The notes beneath the pieces were generated by a model. That model ran no database searches. It saw only the letters and a list, made by a program, of their open reading frames with translations, and was not told the origin of the DNA. A DNA stretch of 63,784 bases, the filler included, from Octopus bimaculoides (taxonomy: Eukaryota), in the NCBI RefSeq assembly GCF_001194135.2. It is 9 parts of 8 records of this genome, joined end to end, with 100 filler letters (N's around TTAATTAATTAA, not from the genome) between each part and the next. Parts side by side here need not be neighbours in the genome. Positions count along the whole stretch, not along the records: positions 45,624 to 50,481 come from NC_068985.1; positions 50,582 to 55,934 come from NC_068985.1; positions 56,035 to 58,366 come from NW_026391738.1; positions 58,467 to 60,070 come from NC_068989.1; positions 60,171 to 61,808 come from NW_026386417.1; positions 61,909 to 63,784 come from NC_068995.1; 3 more parts are not named here. One strand, written 5' to 3'. Shown piece after piece: positions 50,255 through 63,115 of this stretch. How positions within the stretch are numbered: position 1 is the stretch's first letter; each line of letters begins with the position of its first letter. The translations under genes were made by a program, and so were the position numbers.

Positions 50255-53200
50255 TAAGTTTATTTTAAAAATAAGTTGGTCATCTTCTGTTGGTTGTTTT
50301 TTCCTCGCATTAGGTACTAAATGTGGTTATTTTGAGAAGTCCACTGTGTAGCGCTATTATTTTCTATAATAATGCCCTTTATATAAATATAAACGAATAA
50401 TTATATTCTTGGGAATAGAAATTTCCCTAATGAATTTTTTTACACACTGGCTTCTTGATAAAATTCTTGTAAAAGAGTTTTNNNNNNNNNNNNNNNNNNN
50501 NNNNNNNNNNNNNNNNNNNNNNNNNTTAATTAATTAANNNNNNNNNNNNNNNNNNNNNNNNNNNNNNNNNNNNNNNNNNNNCCTTATATATATATATATA
50601 TATATTCATATACATATATATATATCGCGCATGTATTAACTTTGGTGTCGTCGGTATCTCCTTGATTTGTGTTACTCCCTCCCTCCTCATAACCTCTCCA
50701 CCCGTAAACTCACAAATATATACGCCTATATGTATTTGTGAATTTACTGGTGAAGGGGTAGAAACTTTATAAGTTTCTTCGATTTCGTATTAATTGATGC
50801 CTTTCTGTTATAGAAACTCCTCGACTAGAAATCAACCAGTAGCTATGCTAAAAAACCCGACCCTACCTTGCCTTATTGACGCACACCTTCTTTCTCTACC
50901 ACGTCCAAAAATATTTCCCCACCTTCTCCCTCCAATTGATTTTCTCTTCAAATGTCAATCCCACTTTTAAATTCTGTGCTTAAGCTAAACCACTGTATTA
51001 TCTACTACTGACCTGTCCAAATTCCTCCTTTCTTTAACTCTCCTGTAGTTTATTTTTTATTTACTTATTTAATGTTATCTTTTTCTTCTCTCTTCCCTTT
51101 TTCTAATATTTATTTTTCACTACCATGATATATCCCTCATATACTGTGCCCTCCACACATTCTGATCGAGTCCTCTTTGTGTCAACATATACCTCCTTGT
51201 GATAATGTAGCCTTTCATCTAATCAATATATCCTTGGCCTGAAGTGTAGGCAGCGGTATATACCTCGCTTGGATGTTACCTCTTCTGAGGATCCACTCGC
51301 AATGAAACATATGTAGTCCGGTCTTTTCCTACTCCATTCTGTAACTCTTATGTATATGTACGCATATATATATACACACACACGCCCCCACACACATACA
51401 CACACATGTATATGTATGTATTTTGTGTGTGTTTGTGAGTGTGTGTGTAAATGTGTGTGAGTTCGTGAGTATGTGTGTGTGTGTAAGTGGTTGTGTGTGG
51501 GAACGTTGGTCCCTTAAATCAAAGAATTGAATATCCCATTATTATCATATCCACCGTAGAACTAGATATAAAATACTGTTTAAAATTTAAATTATTTACT
51601 TTTTGTATAACATTTTGATGTACATGGAACAAAAAAACTAAACGAAATGAGATTAGATAATTTAGCTGAATGTAGAGAACGAATTGATTTTGTAAAATAT
51701 ATTACGAAGTGTGTGGAAAGCTTGAAATTTACATATTTAAAATGTTTTTGTTTTCTCCCGCATGAACAAAACATTTGCTAGTCTCACAACAAACTGATAA
51801 TTGCGTCATCCATTTGAATTTAGAAAGAAGAATTCTAACAAAACGGTAGTGACTTTAATTAGTAGCCATTGAAATAATTCTAAATTCCTTAATTGATAAA
51901 TATCGGAGCCAATGCTGCTTCAATTTGTACAAATGACATGTTGATGGAACAGATTAATTTCTTTAAAGTATATTGATTAACAAGCTTTTATTCAGTTGTT
52001 TTCTGGAATGCGAGCTCGCAAATTACTTTAATTAATTTCTTTAATAGTACCAACGTGCCTTCCAACCAAGTTCTTTCACAAAAGTTTTAATTTCAAATTT
52101 CATCTCCCACATAACCTAATGAATTCGGTTAAGATTTGACCCCACTCCTCAAAAATAAGAAAGATTTTAAAATAGTGCTACCTTGTTATTTTGGGGCTTT
52201 TATCAGAAAGTTTGCTAACAAAAATATAATTATCATACTGAATTTTGCCTTGGGAATTCTTTTCTGAAAATTATATTTCGTTCTATCTTACGTCGTGCTC
52301 TATCACAATATCGAAAAGAGCCAAGATATTTTTCAATACGGAAAGGGAAATATAATTCCATTCCCATTGCGTCTCTCTCAGGTATTGAATAATTCTAATA
52401 GCAGTAATTGCTGTTTTTCTGATAACGGAATTGACTTCAAAATCAATTTCGGCTGTAAACTGACTGCTGAGTGCGTGTATTTACTTAATGGCAAGCTCTC
52501 TGGATTATAAGGAAATATTTATGTCTCAGGCGCTCTTGAAATTCTGGTATAACGTCTTATTATATAATTATGTTGCTCTACCTCTCTTTTTTTGTATTAC
52601 TATGTAATTTTAGTCAACAATTTCCATTAACAATGTACCTCACGTTTTCTATAACTCTTTTATATGTTCTTTCATTCTATGTTAAGCGTCCTGTCATTAA
52701 ACTAGCTTTACTAATATCCCTAAGTGAAACGGTTGCTGTACATATTTCACTAAACATCATAATATTCAACAGGTTTATAGTAAGAGTATAATGTAATTTA
52801 CCTTTCATTTTTAACGATTAATCACTATTGCTGTTATTTATCGAAAGTACCGACAAATACCAATTTATTTATTTCAGATGCTATTTTAAATTTTTCTCAC
52901 GTTTTTATTCTGACGTTATAATCTGTCGTTTTTATTCCACATTTAGCTGAAAAATATGTTCCAAATATTATGTACTGAAGTTTTCGAGTATCGTTGTCAT
53001 CCGCTCTGTGCTACAGGGATAGTAACACACCACAAGTCCTAACAGTATGTAACTATTATCGCTTTCAAATCAAACACTGCCCTTCTTTCAAGTTTATTGA
53101 TGCCTAATAATTTCCGGACTTCTTCTCGGTTTGTAATTTGATCAAAATTTATTGGCTACTTGAAAAATTAAAATCCGTTCCTTCGAACAACATATGAATT

Positions 53201-53299
53201 CAGGTGCGTAGTGTATTTTCATTTTCCCGAGAGTCTGTACGAGTGCCTGCTGTAAAGTTCATAACATCACCAAGATGCTCTCCTGGAATGTTAACAGAT

Positions 53300-54030
53300 G
53301 AAGTATATCCTTCAACATAATCCCCGTTGCAATTCACACACTTCTCCAATCAGTGTTGCAGTGCTTTGATCACATTGGTCAAGAAACTTTCAGCCTGTTG
53401 GTCAAAACAAACATCAATAGCAGATACCGAGTCATCATCACTGCGATGTTGCTTCCTGGCAAAGTGTCTTTCAAGTTGTGGAACAGATGATTGTCAGATG
53501 AGAGACAAAGGAGCGTGATCAGCAAGTTCAAAACCACAGTCAGGAGCAGCAGCCATTGAAACCAAGGACGTTTTTACTTGAGCGTTGTACTGTTGAAACA
53601 AAACCCCTTTCTTGATTCTGTGTTAGGAAACCTTCAAGAAAACTATTTTGATCAGCCTGGTTTTGATCAGCCTGGTGCGCTTTTGATCAGGTGTCAGAAC
53701 ACTTGTCACCTAGCGAGCAGCAGCCTGCGCCATGCCAAGTTCATTATGTAGAATATTGTCAACTCTCTTATGAGATATGCTAATACACTGGCTATTTGAT
53801 TTATAGTCAGTCGCCAGTCATCCATCAGCGTGTGGTGAACACGATCAGTTTTCCACTGTGGTTGAAATTACAGCAAGTCCAGACCTTGAGTCATCTTCAA
53901 GACTATCCGTTCCCCTCCTAATGTCAGCTTCCAACTTTTGCACCCCTAATGCAGCAACGATGTCAAGATGAATGTCTTTGTTGACTAACCCCTTTTTCTG
54001 TAGGTACTTCTTGACATTATGATGCAAAAT
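53300..54030 (-). mobile_element. mariner transposon, internally deleted and decayed
   Basis: Minus strand gives LEDDSRSG at the N-terminal side and KALQH*LEKCVNCNGDYVE at the C-terminus. Confidence 0.75.
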
Positions 54031-55869
54031 TTTGTTCATTTTCAAGAGCAGCCGCAGATGGAGCAGGGACAACTGAATAAGGGTAATATTCTTTATGTTG
54101 CATGTCTCGTTTCTCTATTTGGTTCATTCGTTGTTCGAAAAAGGTTCCTTTTCTATCTTCGTCTTTATGCTTTCGTTTCTCATTGTGTTTAACCTTTTTT
54201 GTGATGTCCTGTACCCATATGTGCTTGTATGTATACATATAGATGTCGGTATGTACATATATGTATGGATATAAGCATATAATTATATATTATTTATGTT
54301 ATTATATATATNNNNNNNNNNNNNNNNNNNNNNNNNNNNNNNNNNNNNNNNNNNNNNNNNNNNNNNNNNNNNNNNNNNNNNNNNNNNNNNNNNNNNNNNN
54401 NNNNNNNNNNNNNNNNNNNNNNNNNNNNNNNNNNNNNNNNNNNNNNNNNNNNNNNNNNNNNNNNNNNNNNNNNNNNNNNNNNNNNNNNNNNNNNNNNNNN
54501 NNNNNNNNNNNNNNNNNNNNNNNNNNNNNNNNNNNNNNNNNNNNNNNNNNNGAGAGAGAGAGAGAGAGAGAGAGAGAGTGACAGGGAGAGGCCTATAATC
54601 AAGAAAAAACATTTTCTTCATAAAGTTTTTTGTTGGGGTATTTTATCCCCGTGGGCACCAGTTTTGCATACTATCGATTGTTGATTCTGGATAATATTTG
54701 CGTGTTCATGTACTAATGATCCTGGTTGGTTTGTTTTACCATTTTACTGCTTTTCATGTCCGAAAGTCTAGTTGTCTTTCCAATATAGAAGAAATAATTA
54801 CTACATTAAAGAAAGAAGAGAATATACATCAAAATAATAATTTTTTAATTATCTTGTTGTCAATTAATAAGTTTCGGCAAATTCTTATTGTCTATATTTG
54901 CACCTTTAAAGATAAAGATATTTAGAAAAATAAAAGACAAAGACCGGCGTATGAGCAAAAAGCAAGTGTATTAGTTTGACGCTCGGGAAGAATGAAAGTC
55001 TTATACACCTCGAACCTACTCTCTTCAACAGAAAAGAATAAGAGAAAATAAACAGAGAGAGAATGAAAACATCTTGTAGAGTTCAGCGTTCCAGCATGGC
55101 GAATATATATATATATATATATATATACACTCACAAACACACACACACACACTTTCAAGTATATGATAAATGAAAGACGGAATGTGGAAGATAAGACAAT
55201 TGTTTCGATATATCTAGCATCGATCCCTCACACCTGGGATACATATTAGTTCATGAATATCCGACGGTGCAGATGTGTTTCTTCAGGTAATAAATAGATT
55301 TTACTCGATAAAATAACAGTGTATAAGCGCCATACAGCTTTCACGAGGTCGTTTATATATCCATATCCTTTAACGGTTATTGTTAATACATTTTTCACTG
55401 TATTGCGTGTTCGTTTTTTTTTCCAATGTTATATTATTATTGATCTTCCATATAAATGAAGCTATCTCCATTAATTTGCTGCTTTCCTTTCCATGAAATG
55501 AGGCGATACATTGCTGAACTGTTATATTAAAGTGCTATATATATATTTGACATACGAAGACAGACATTCAGACTACATTTCGCGTGAGTGCAGCAACGGG
55601 GATCTAAGTATTCCAACCGTGAGGATTGATGTTAGATGTGTTGTGATTAATAAAAATCTTCGTATCTTCCATCTACTGCCTCTCATTTATCACATACATA
55701 ACGGACACTGTGAAACTAGCCCTGCTTTGCCATATATATATATATATATATATTAGATAATAGAGCGAATGGTTTGTAGCGTGTAGCTTACTGCTAAAGC
55801 AGGGCCAGTTTCACAGTGTCTGTTATGTATACATACACACACACACACATATATAAATACATACATACA

Positions 55870-55934
<65 letters not shown>

Positions 55935-56599
55935 NNNNNNNNNNNNNNNNNNNNNNNNNNNNNNNNNNNNNNNNNNNNTTAATTAATTAANNNNNNNNNN
56001 NNNNNNNNNNNNNNNNNNNNNNNNNNNNNNNNNNTACACACATGTATTTATGTATTTTTATGTATGTATATGAAACACGGATACCAAATATAAAATATAT
56101 AACATCAAAAATAGTGGAAATATTAAAATTTAAAGCACTAGGAGTGTAAACGAATGTTGAAAATATACCGAATGATAAAGAATAGTCGGCAAACGGGGAA
56201 TTCCACCTTCATCAGAGGATATTTGTGTTGGGAACATAAAATTCTCTGCTAGCCGAAAAGGGAACGAAAAGCGTGTACGTGCCGACAAGTTTCAAGAGGC
56301 GAAATTGAAACCGGTCGAAGGGAAATAACTCCATCTCACTCCGAAAGGTTTCTCGTTAGAATTTTGTCTCGGAATTTTTTTTCCTCCCACAACTGTGGCA
56401 AGCCAACACTATTTTCCCAACCTTCAGTTGAAGCGAAGGAGTTTGCCTGCGGATATCGAGTCCGACATGCCGCCTACACTACTCAGAACGTTATAGATGC
56501 TAAACAATTGCTAGTTCCCTGAACGACCACGGCCAAGAGAGAGAAAGAGAGANNNNNNNNNNNNNNNNNNNNNNNNNNNNNNNNNNNNNNNNNNNNNNN

Positions 56600-56645
<46 letters not shown>

Positions 56646-58853
56646 TTGTGATTGCAATTATGTGAATAGACTAATTAGATACATTAAATATATTAGATAT
56701 CATAGTTTGGGTATGAAATACAAAATAAGTATANNNNNNNNNNNNNNNNNNNNNNNNNNNNNAAGGGTGGAGAGTTTCAACGATAAAATACGGCCCCATA
56801 TTGTGATGAATTACATCTAACAACATTATTATCTAACTCCGAATCCCTAGAAACAGCTGCTGGACTTATAACACCTTTCTTCCACCCCTTTAATTTTCTC
56901 TGTCGTTCGTACTCAGTGTAGGTTGGTCCTATTAATATAAATATCTATCTACTTAAAAANNNNNNNNNNNNNNNNNNNNNNNNNNNNNNNNNNNNNNNNN
57001 NNNNNNNNNNNNNNNNNNNNNNNNNNNNNNNNNNNNNNNNNNNNNNNNNNNNNNNNNNNNNNNNNNNNNNNNNNNNNNNNNNNNNNNNNNNNNNNNNNNN
57101 NNNNNNNNNNNNNNNNNNNNNNNNNNNNNNNNNNNNNNNNNNNNNNNNNNNNNNNNTATAGGCTTGGCTGTGTGATAAGAAGTTTGCCTCCCAACCACAT
57201 GGCTCCGGGTTCAGTCTCACTGCGTGGAACCTCGAGTAGGTATCCTCTACTATAATCTCAGGGCGCCAAAGCCTTGTGAGTGTATTTGGGAAACGGAAAC
57301 TGAAAGAACCCCGTCGTATATATATATGCATATGTGTATATGTGTGTGTGTGTGNNNNNNNNNNNNNNNNNNNNNNNNNNNNNNNNNNNNNNNNNNNNNN
57401 NNNNNNNNNNNNNNNNNNNNNNNNNNNNNNNNNNNNNNNNNNNNNNNNNNNNNNNNNNNNNNNNNNNNNNNNNNNNNNNNNNNNNNNNNNNNNNNNNNNN
57501 NNNNNNNNNNNNNNNNNNNNNNNNNNNNNNNNNNNNNNNNNNNNNNNNNNNNNNNNNNNNNNNNNNNNNNNNNNNNNNNNNNNNNNNNNNNNNNNNNNNN
57601 NNNNNNNNNNNNNNNNNNNNNNNNNNNNNNNNNNNNNNNNNNNNNNNNNNNNNNNNNNNNNNNNNNNNNNNNNNNNNNNNNNNNNNNNNNNNNNNNNNNN
57701 NNNNNNNNNNNNNNNNNNNNNNNNNNNNNNNNNNNNNNNNNNNNNNNNNNNNNNNNNNNNNNNNNNNNNNNNNNNNNNNNNNNNNNNNNNNNNNNNNNNN
57801 NNNNNNNNNNNNNNNNNNNNNNNNNNNNNNNNNNNNNNNNNNNNNNNNNNNNNNNNNNNNNNNNNNNNNNNNNNNNNNNNNNNNNNNNNNNNNNNNNNNN
57901 NNNNNNNNNNNNNNNNNNNNNNNNNNNNNNNNNNNNNNNNNNNNNNNNNNNNNNNNNNNNNNNNNNNNNNNNNNNNNNNNNNNNNNNNNNNNNNNNNNNN
58001 NNNNNNNNNNNNNNNNNNNNNNNNNNNNNNNNNNNNNNNNNNNNNNNNNNNNNNNNNNNNNNNNNNNNNNNNNNNNNNNNNNNNNNNNNNNNNNNNNNNN
58101 NNNNNNNNNNNNNNNNNNNNNNNNNNNNNNNNNNNNNNNNNNNNNNNNNNNNNNNNNNNNNNNNNNNNNNNNNNNNNNNNNNNNNNNNNNNNNNNNNNNN
58201 NNNNNNNNNNNNNNNNNNNNNNNNNNNNNNNNNNNNNNNNNNNNNNNNNNTGCCCTTACCTCTCTAACACCACCCGCCTCGCAGGCACCCATCATCGACC
58301 CTATCATATCACCGACTCCTTTCCTGCACTTCTACCAATATCATCTATTGTATCTCCTGCTCTCTCNNNNNNNNNNNNNNNNNNNNNNNNNNNNNNNNNN
58401 NNNNNNNNNNTTAATTAATTAANNNNNNNNNNNNNNNNNNNNNNNNNNNNNNNNNNNNNNNNNNNNTATATATATATATATATTTATAAATTAATGATGG
58501 GCATTTTTCAGTTTCAATCTACCATATTCTCTCACAAGGCTTTGATTGGCCCAGGGCTATACAGAAGAAGACGTTTGCCCAAGGTGCCATGCAGCGGGAC
58601 TGAACTCAGAACCATGTCATTGAGAAGCAAGCTTCAATGAACTGAGCATAGATGTTATACAACTTCTGATTTACTCCCTTGATAATAAAAGGCTGTAACT
58701 GTTGTTTAGTTCAAATTGACATCAAGTTTAATGAAGCATTCCTACTATTTGTTTTTAGTCTCTTGGCAACAGATTTTTTTTTTTCCCTATGTTTCTGATG
58801 GATATAAAACATTACGAGATTTACAGGTAACCAATTACAGTTAGTGCAGCATT

Positions 58854-58898
58854 ATGGATACTGAAAACATCAAAGTTGCTGTTCGCCTACGACCATTT
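58854..58898 (+). CDS. First coding exon of a kinesin motor protein (MDTENIKVAVRLRPF), kinesin-3/KIF28-like start
   Basis: ATG followed by the canonical kinesin beta-1 motif (I/V)KVAVR(L/V)RP. GT at 58899 must be a donor because read-through hits TGA. No downstream motor exon was recognised in the window. Confidence 0.6.
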
Positions 58899-59559
58899 GT
58901 ATCCTTTTGACAAATGTAATTGATCAGTATTTAGTTGTTATGGTTTGATAACCTTTAAATGTCTCTGGGTTTAAGTGGCACTGTGTACAGTGTGTCAAGG
59001 TAAAGTATATATTCATTTGAGGTACAGGAAATAATTATGAGTATTTCTAACTAAATCTTAACATTAAATTTTACATTTTACTTTTTACATACACACACAC
59101 ACATGTGCGCGCACATGCACAAAGTCACACCAACAACGTTTTTGCATTCTGTCACTCTCTTACTTTCTCTTTCACTTTTTCACACTGCTCTCACACCTAT
59201 ATCTGTATTTATCCATGTGTGCATTTATTCTTGTGAGTGTATGCGTATTTTCATCATCATCATCATCATCATCATCATAACCAACATCATATTTTAAGGT
59301 CCGTGTTCTATGCTGGCATAGGTTGAACTGCAGATAAAAATACTGATATAAATGTATAATATATGTGTGTCTTGCGGGTATATGTATATATATATATATG
59401 TACACACACACGTATGTATCTATGTTTCTATGTATGCATATATGTGAGTGTGTCTGTGACTGTATTAATGAAGGTATGTGTCTGTGTGCATGTTAGCATA
59501 CATATCATCATCCTCCTCCTCCTCCTCATCATCATCATCATCAACATCGTCATCATCAT

Positions 59560-60005
59560 TTAACGTCCATTGTCCATGAGGGCATGAGTTGGATGGTTTG
59601 ACTAGGGCTTGCAGGCTGAGGGGGCGGCACCAGACTCCAGTCTGATTTGGCATGGCTTCTACGACTGGATGCCTTTCCAAATACCAAAAAGTAAAGATCC
59701 CCTTCAGTCATGAATGACCATGGGATGCACTTAGAATGTTCCCCTTCAAGGCACAATTCCGGGCAAAGTTGTTTATGGAGGACCAGCAGTTGCCCATGCA
59801 TACCAGCCTCCATTCTCCATGCCACCGATGTTATCCAAGGGAAAGGCAAAGGCTGATACAGTTTGGCACCTGTGATGTCGCAACTCATTTCTACAGCTGA
59901 GTGAACTGGAGCAACGTGAAATAAAGTATCTTGCTCAAGAACACAACACACAGCCCGGTCTGGGAATCGAACTCACAACTTTATGAATGCAAACCCAACA
60001 CTCTA
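59560..60005. mobile_element. SINE composite (family also at 30575-30905 and 61910-62157)
   Basis: Shared gaccagcagttgcc...caagggaaaggcaaagg...ctggagcaacgtgaaataaagt segment. Confidence 0.75.
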
Positions 60006-60244
60006 ATCATGTGCCTTCTTATACAAATATATATCTATGTATATATATATATATATATACATATATATATNNNNNNNNNNNNNNNNNNNNNNNNNNNNNN
60101 NNNNNNNNNNNNNNTTAATTAATTAANNNNNNNNNNNNNNNNNNNNNNNNNNNNNNNNNNNNNNNNNNNNTAAATAAAAGGAGTCCTCTGGTTTTCCATT
60201 CGTCACCATTTCTCCTTTTTTGAGTTCGCACGGCCGTACCTTAC

Positions 60245-61670
60245 AGATATTATACAACCGTACATCATAATGGTGTTGAAATCATGAACATATCAAGCAA
60301 ATGATTCAAATTTATGATCCTAGACTATGAAGTTCGGTAATTAACCAATCCAGAACGCTGTACATTTCGAAAAGGATCGTTGGAGTTATAAACATAAATA
60401 CAAAATTCAGACCGAAGAAAAAAACAGTTAGATATTTAAAAATACATATTTAATACAAGATCCTCGTCAAATAGAAGTATAACTAATAAGTAATACTTAT
60501 ATATAATATACTCAATAAATAACTTAAGCATACATAAACTAAAAATGCCTTATATTAATTTAGTATTTATAAGTAAAAAGCCTAATAAGGTCATTCAAGC
60601 CTGCTAGGTTATAGAGAATAAAATATCTACATTAGAATACATTCAAATTATAGCTAACAAGTTACAAAAGAATAAAGTTAATTAGGTAAGTGATAAAGTT
60701 AAATATACCAAAGAAAATTAGACAGATTTATTGATTACTACGTTAGCGTAGAAACCGTAAACAAAAAACTGGTCACAACTCAAAAAATCCCCAAATAAAA
60801 TTGATTTACAAATTTAGTGATTACTATTAAATGAAGTAGCAAGCAAGAATGCTATATAATATCACAATATATATTATTTTAAAAAAGGCAATACATAAAG
60901 CCAGTTGAGAAAGAAATTATGCCTTTACAAACTGGCAATAAATACTATTTACATATTGATGGTCAAGGGGAGGTAAATCTAGCTCTTTCATTAAAATGAA
61001 TATATATAGAGATTTTAAACCGACTCAGTTTATTTTAAAAAAACCAAAGCAAAATATTAAATTGATTATGACTTATCAAAAAAACATTTTTATATATAAA
61101 AAACCAACTTCATGAGCAACATACATGATATGTAATCATGATATCAAAGGATATTTAAAAAATATATATAATTGTACCATATACATGAATTTAAGATATC
61201 GTCAATAGTTAATCATATGAATTCAAACTAAATTACACATTATAACATAGCAAAATAATATATGGGATTGTTTATAGAGGCATCTAAACTACTTAGTCTA
61301 TGCTATTAAACGTGTGACAATATTGTAAGCACTAAGATTATTTTTTAAAAAAGATTCCACTATAATGCATTTTTAGTTTATGTATACTTAAGTTGTTTAT
61401 TGAGTATATTATATATAAGTATTACTTATTAGTTATACTTCTATTTGACGAGGATCTTGTATTAAATATGTATTTTTTAATATCTAACTGTTTTTTTCTT
61501 CGGTCTGAATTTTGTATTTATGTTTATAACTCCAACGATCCTTTTCGAAATGTACAGCGTTCTGGATTGGTTAATTACCGAACTTCATAGTCTAGCATCA
61601 TAAATTTGAATCATTTGCTTGATATGTTCATGATTTCAACACCATTATGATGTACGGTTGTATAACATCT
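60245..61670. mobile_element. Long inverted-repeat element (about 310-bp arms, about 800-bp AT-rich spacer)
   Basis: 60245-60554 is the reverse complement of 61361-61670. No coding capacity recognised in the spacer. Confidence 0.7.
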
Positions 61671-62689
61671 CATGTCTTTTCAACTTGTTTTTTTTTTTGC
61701 ATGTTTTCATAGGTCAACTATGAACGTTGTATATGAATGTTATCTATTTTTATCGTCTGCCACCTACTAATAAGGCTCTGAGGAGATGCAGTATCCCATA
61801 TTTTATAANNNNNNNNNNNNNNNNNNNNNNNNNNNNNNNNNNNNNNNNNNNNTTAATTAATTAANNNNNNNNNNNNNNNNNNNNNNNNNNNNNNNNNNNN
61901 NNNNNNNNCTTGAGCAAGACACTTTATTTCACGTTGCTCCAGTTCACTCAGCTGTAGAAATGAATTGCGATGTCACTGGTGCCAAGCTGTATCGGCCTTT
62001 GCCTTTCCCTTGGATAACACTGGTGGCATGGATAGGGGAGGCCGGTATGCATGAGTGACTGCTGGTCTTCCATAAACAACTTGCCCGGACTTGTACCTCG
62101 GAGGGTAACTTTCTAGGTGCAATCCCATGGTCAGTCATTACTGAAGAGGGTCTCAGCATGTATGCTTACACACTCACACAAACGTACCTGGAGGACTGAC
62201 AGAACTGTTAAAGCATCGGACTAAGTTCCTTGAAGTTTTTATTTCAGCTCTTTATGTTCTGAGTTCAAATTTCAACGAGGTTAGCTTTGTTTCTTCACCC
62301 CTCCGGAGTCGACAAAATCAGGTACCAAGGTACTGGAGTCAATAGTCTCGACCAGCCGCCTTAAATCTAAATCGCTAGCTTTGTACCTAGATTGGCTTCA
62401 AATTTAGTCACAAGTCCAGCAAGTTGGATTGAGGAGGTAAGTCGATTACAGCGACCCCATTGCTCAACTCGTACTTACTTTATCGATCCCAAAAGGATGA
62501 AAGGAAAAGTCTACCTCGACGGAATTTGAACTCAGAAATTTTGTATCTATATTAGAAGCAAAGTGCAGTAGATGACAGGGTCACAAACGAAACTGAACCA
62601 AAGCCATGGACACCCGCGCACAAGGCCACCACAAATAATTGACCCAAAGTAGCTACCATTAATAGCAGTGCAAAATATGACATTAATTT

Positions 62690-63115
62690 TATAGTTGAAT
62701 ATCAGAGGCTTGTTATAGCTCAACGAAAGCGAAATTCCATACCTGAGAGATCTTTTCGCATGCAATGAAGCAACATGCAAAGCGGTTACAGAAAGACATG
62801 TATCTGATTGCTACCTTTAAAGAAAAGGAACAGCAAATAATTCTGTCTGCTACGACAAGATGTAATCTTAGTTCCAGAATGAAGCCAATTCCTTCCATTC
62901 AACCTGGAGACCAGCAATTCAGGAAAACCCCTTTTAAGAAATGAATATCCCTGATGAACTTCTGATTGGTTTGTGCTAATTAAAACGTGGAATAATTGAT
63001 GAAGTTTCTTCAAAAGCATCGTCACTTTCTACACTTCTGTTACCTTCTACAACATCTGGCATGTCTGATTTATGACCATCATTTAGAAACTGCGAATAAC
63101 TACCAGGACGGGTGA
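62690..63115 (+). pseudogene. Possible heavily decayed piggyBac-like transposase fragment
   Basis: Broken frame ...NESEIP...LIATF...QIILSATT...KPIPSI...HLACLIY loosely follows the order of piggyBac C-terminal motifs. Similarity judged by eye only. Confidence 0.25.

Larger units (their letters stand above)
49672..50481. mobile_element. Palindromic element (arms at least 345 bp, 115-bp spacer) with a hammerhead in each arm
   Basis: 49672-50018 is the reverse complement of 50134-50481 at high identity. Both outer ends lie next to N-gaps. Confidence 0.8.

Noticed and set aside
51278-51322. CTGAGGA...GAAA-CATATG-TA hammerhead-like string
   Set aside because: The core and palindromic stem III are present, but neither stem I nor stem II pairs.
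20349-58422. Long ORFs in the supplied track made mostly of X (20.5, 28.3, 32.0, 35.6, 38.0, 49.4, 54.3, 57.0-58.4 kb)
   Set aside because: They are open only because they run through N-gaps and microsatellites.
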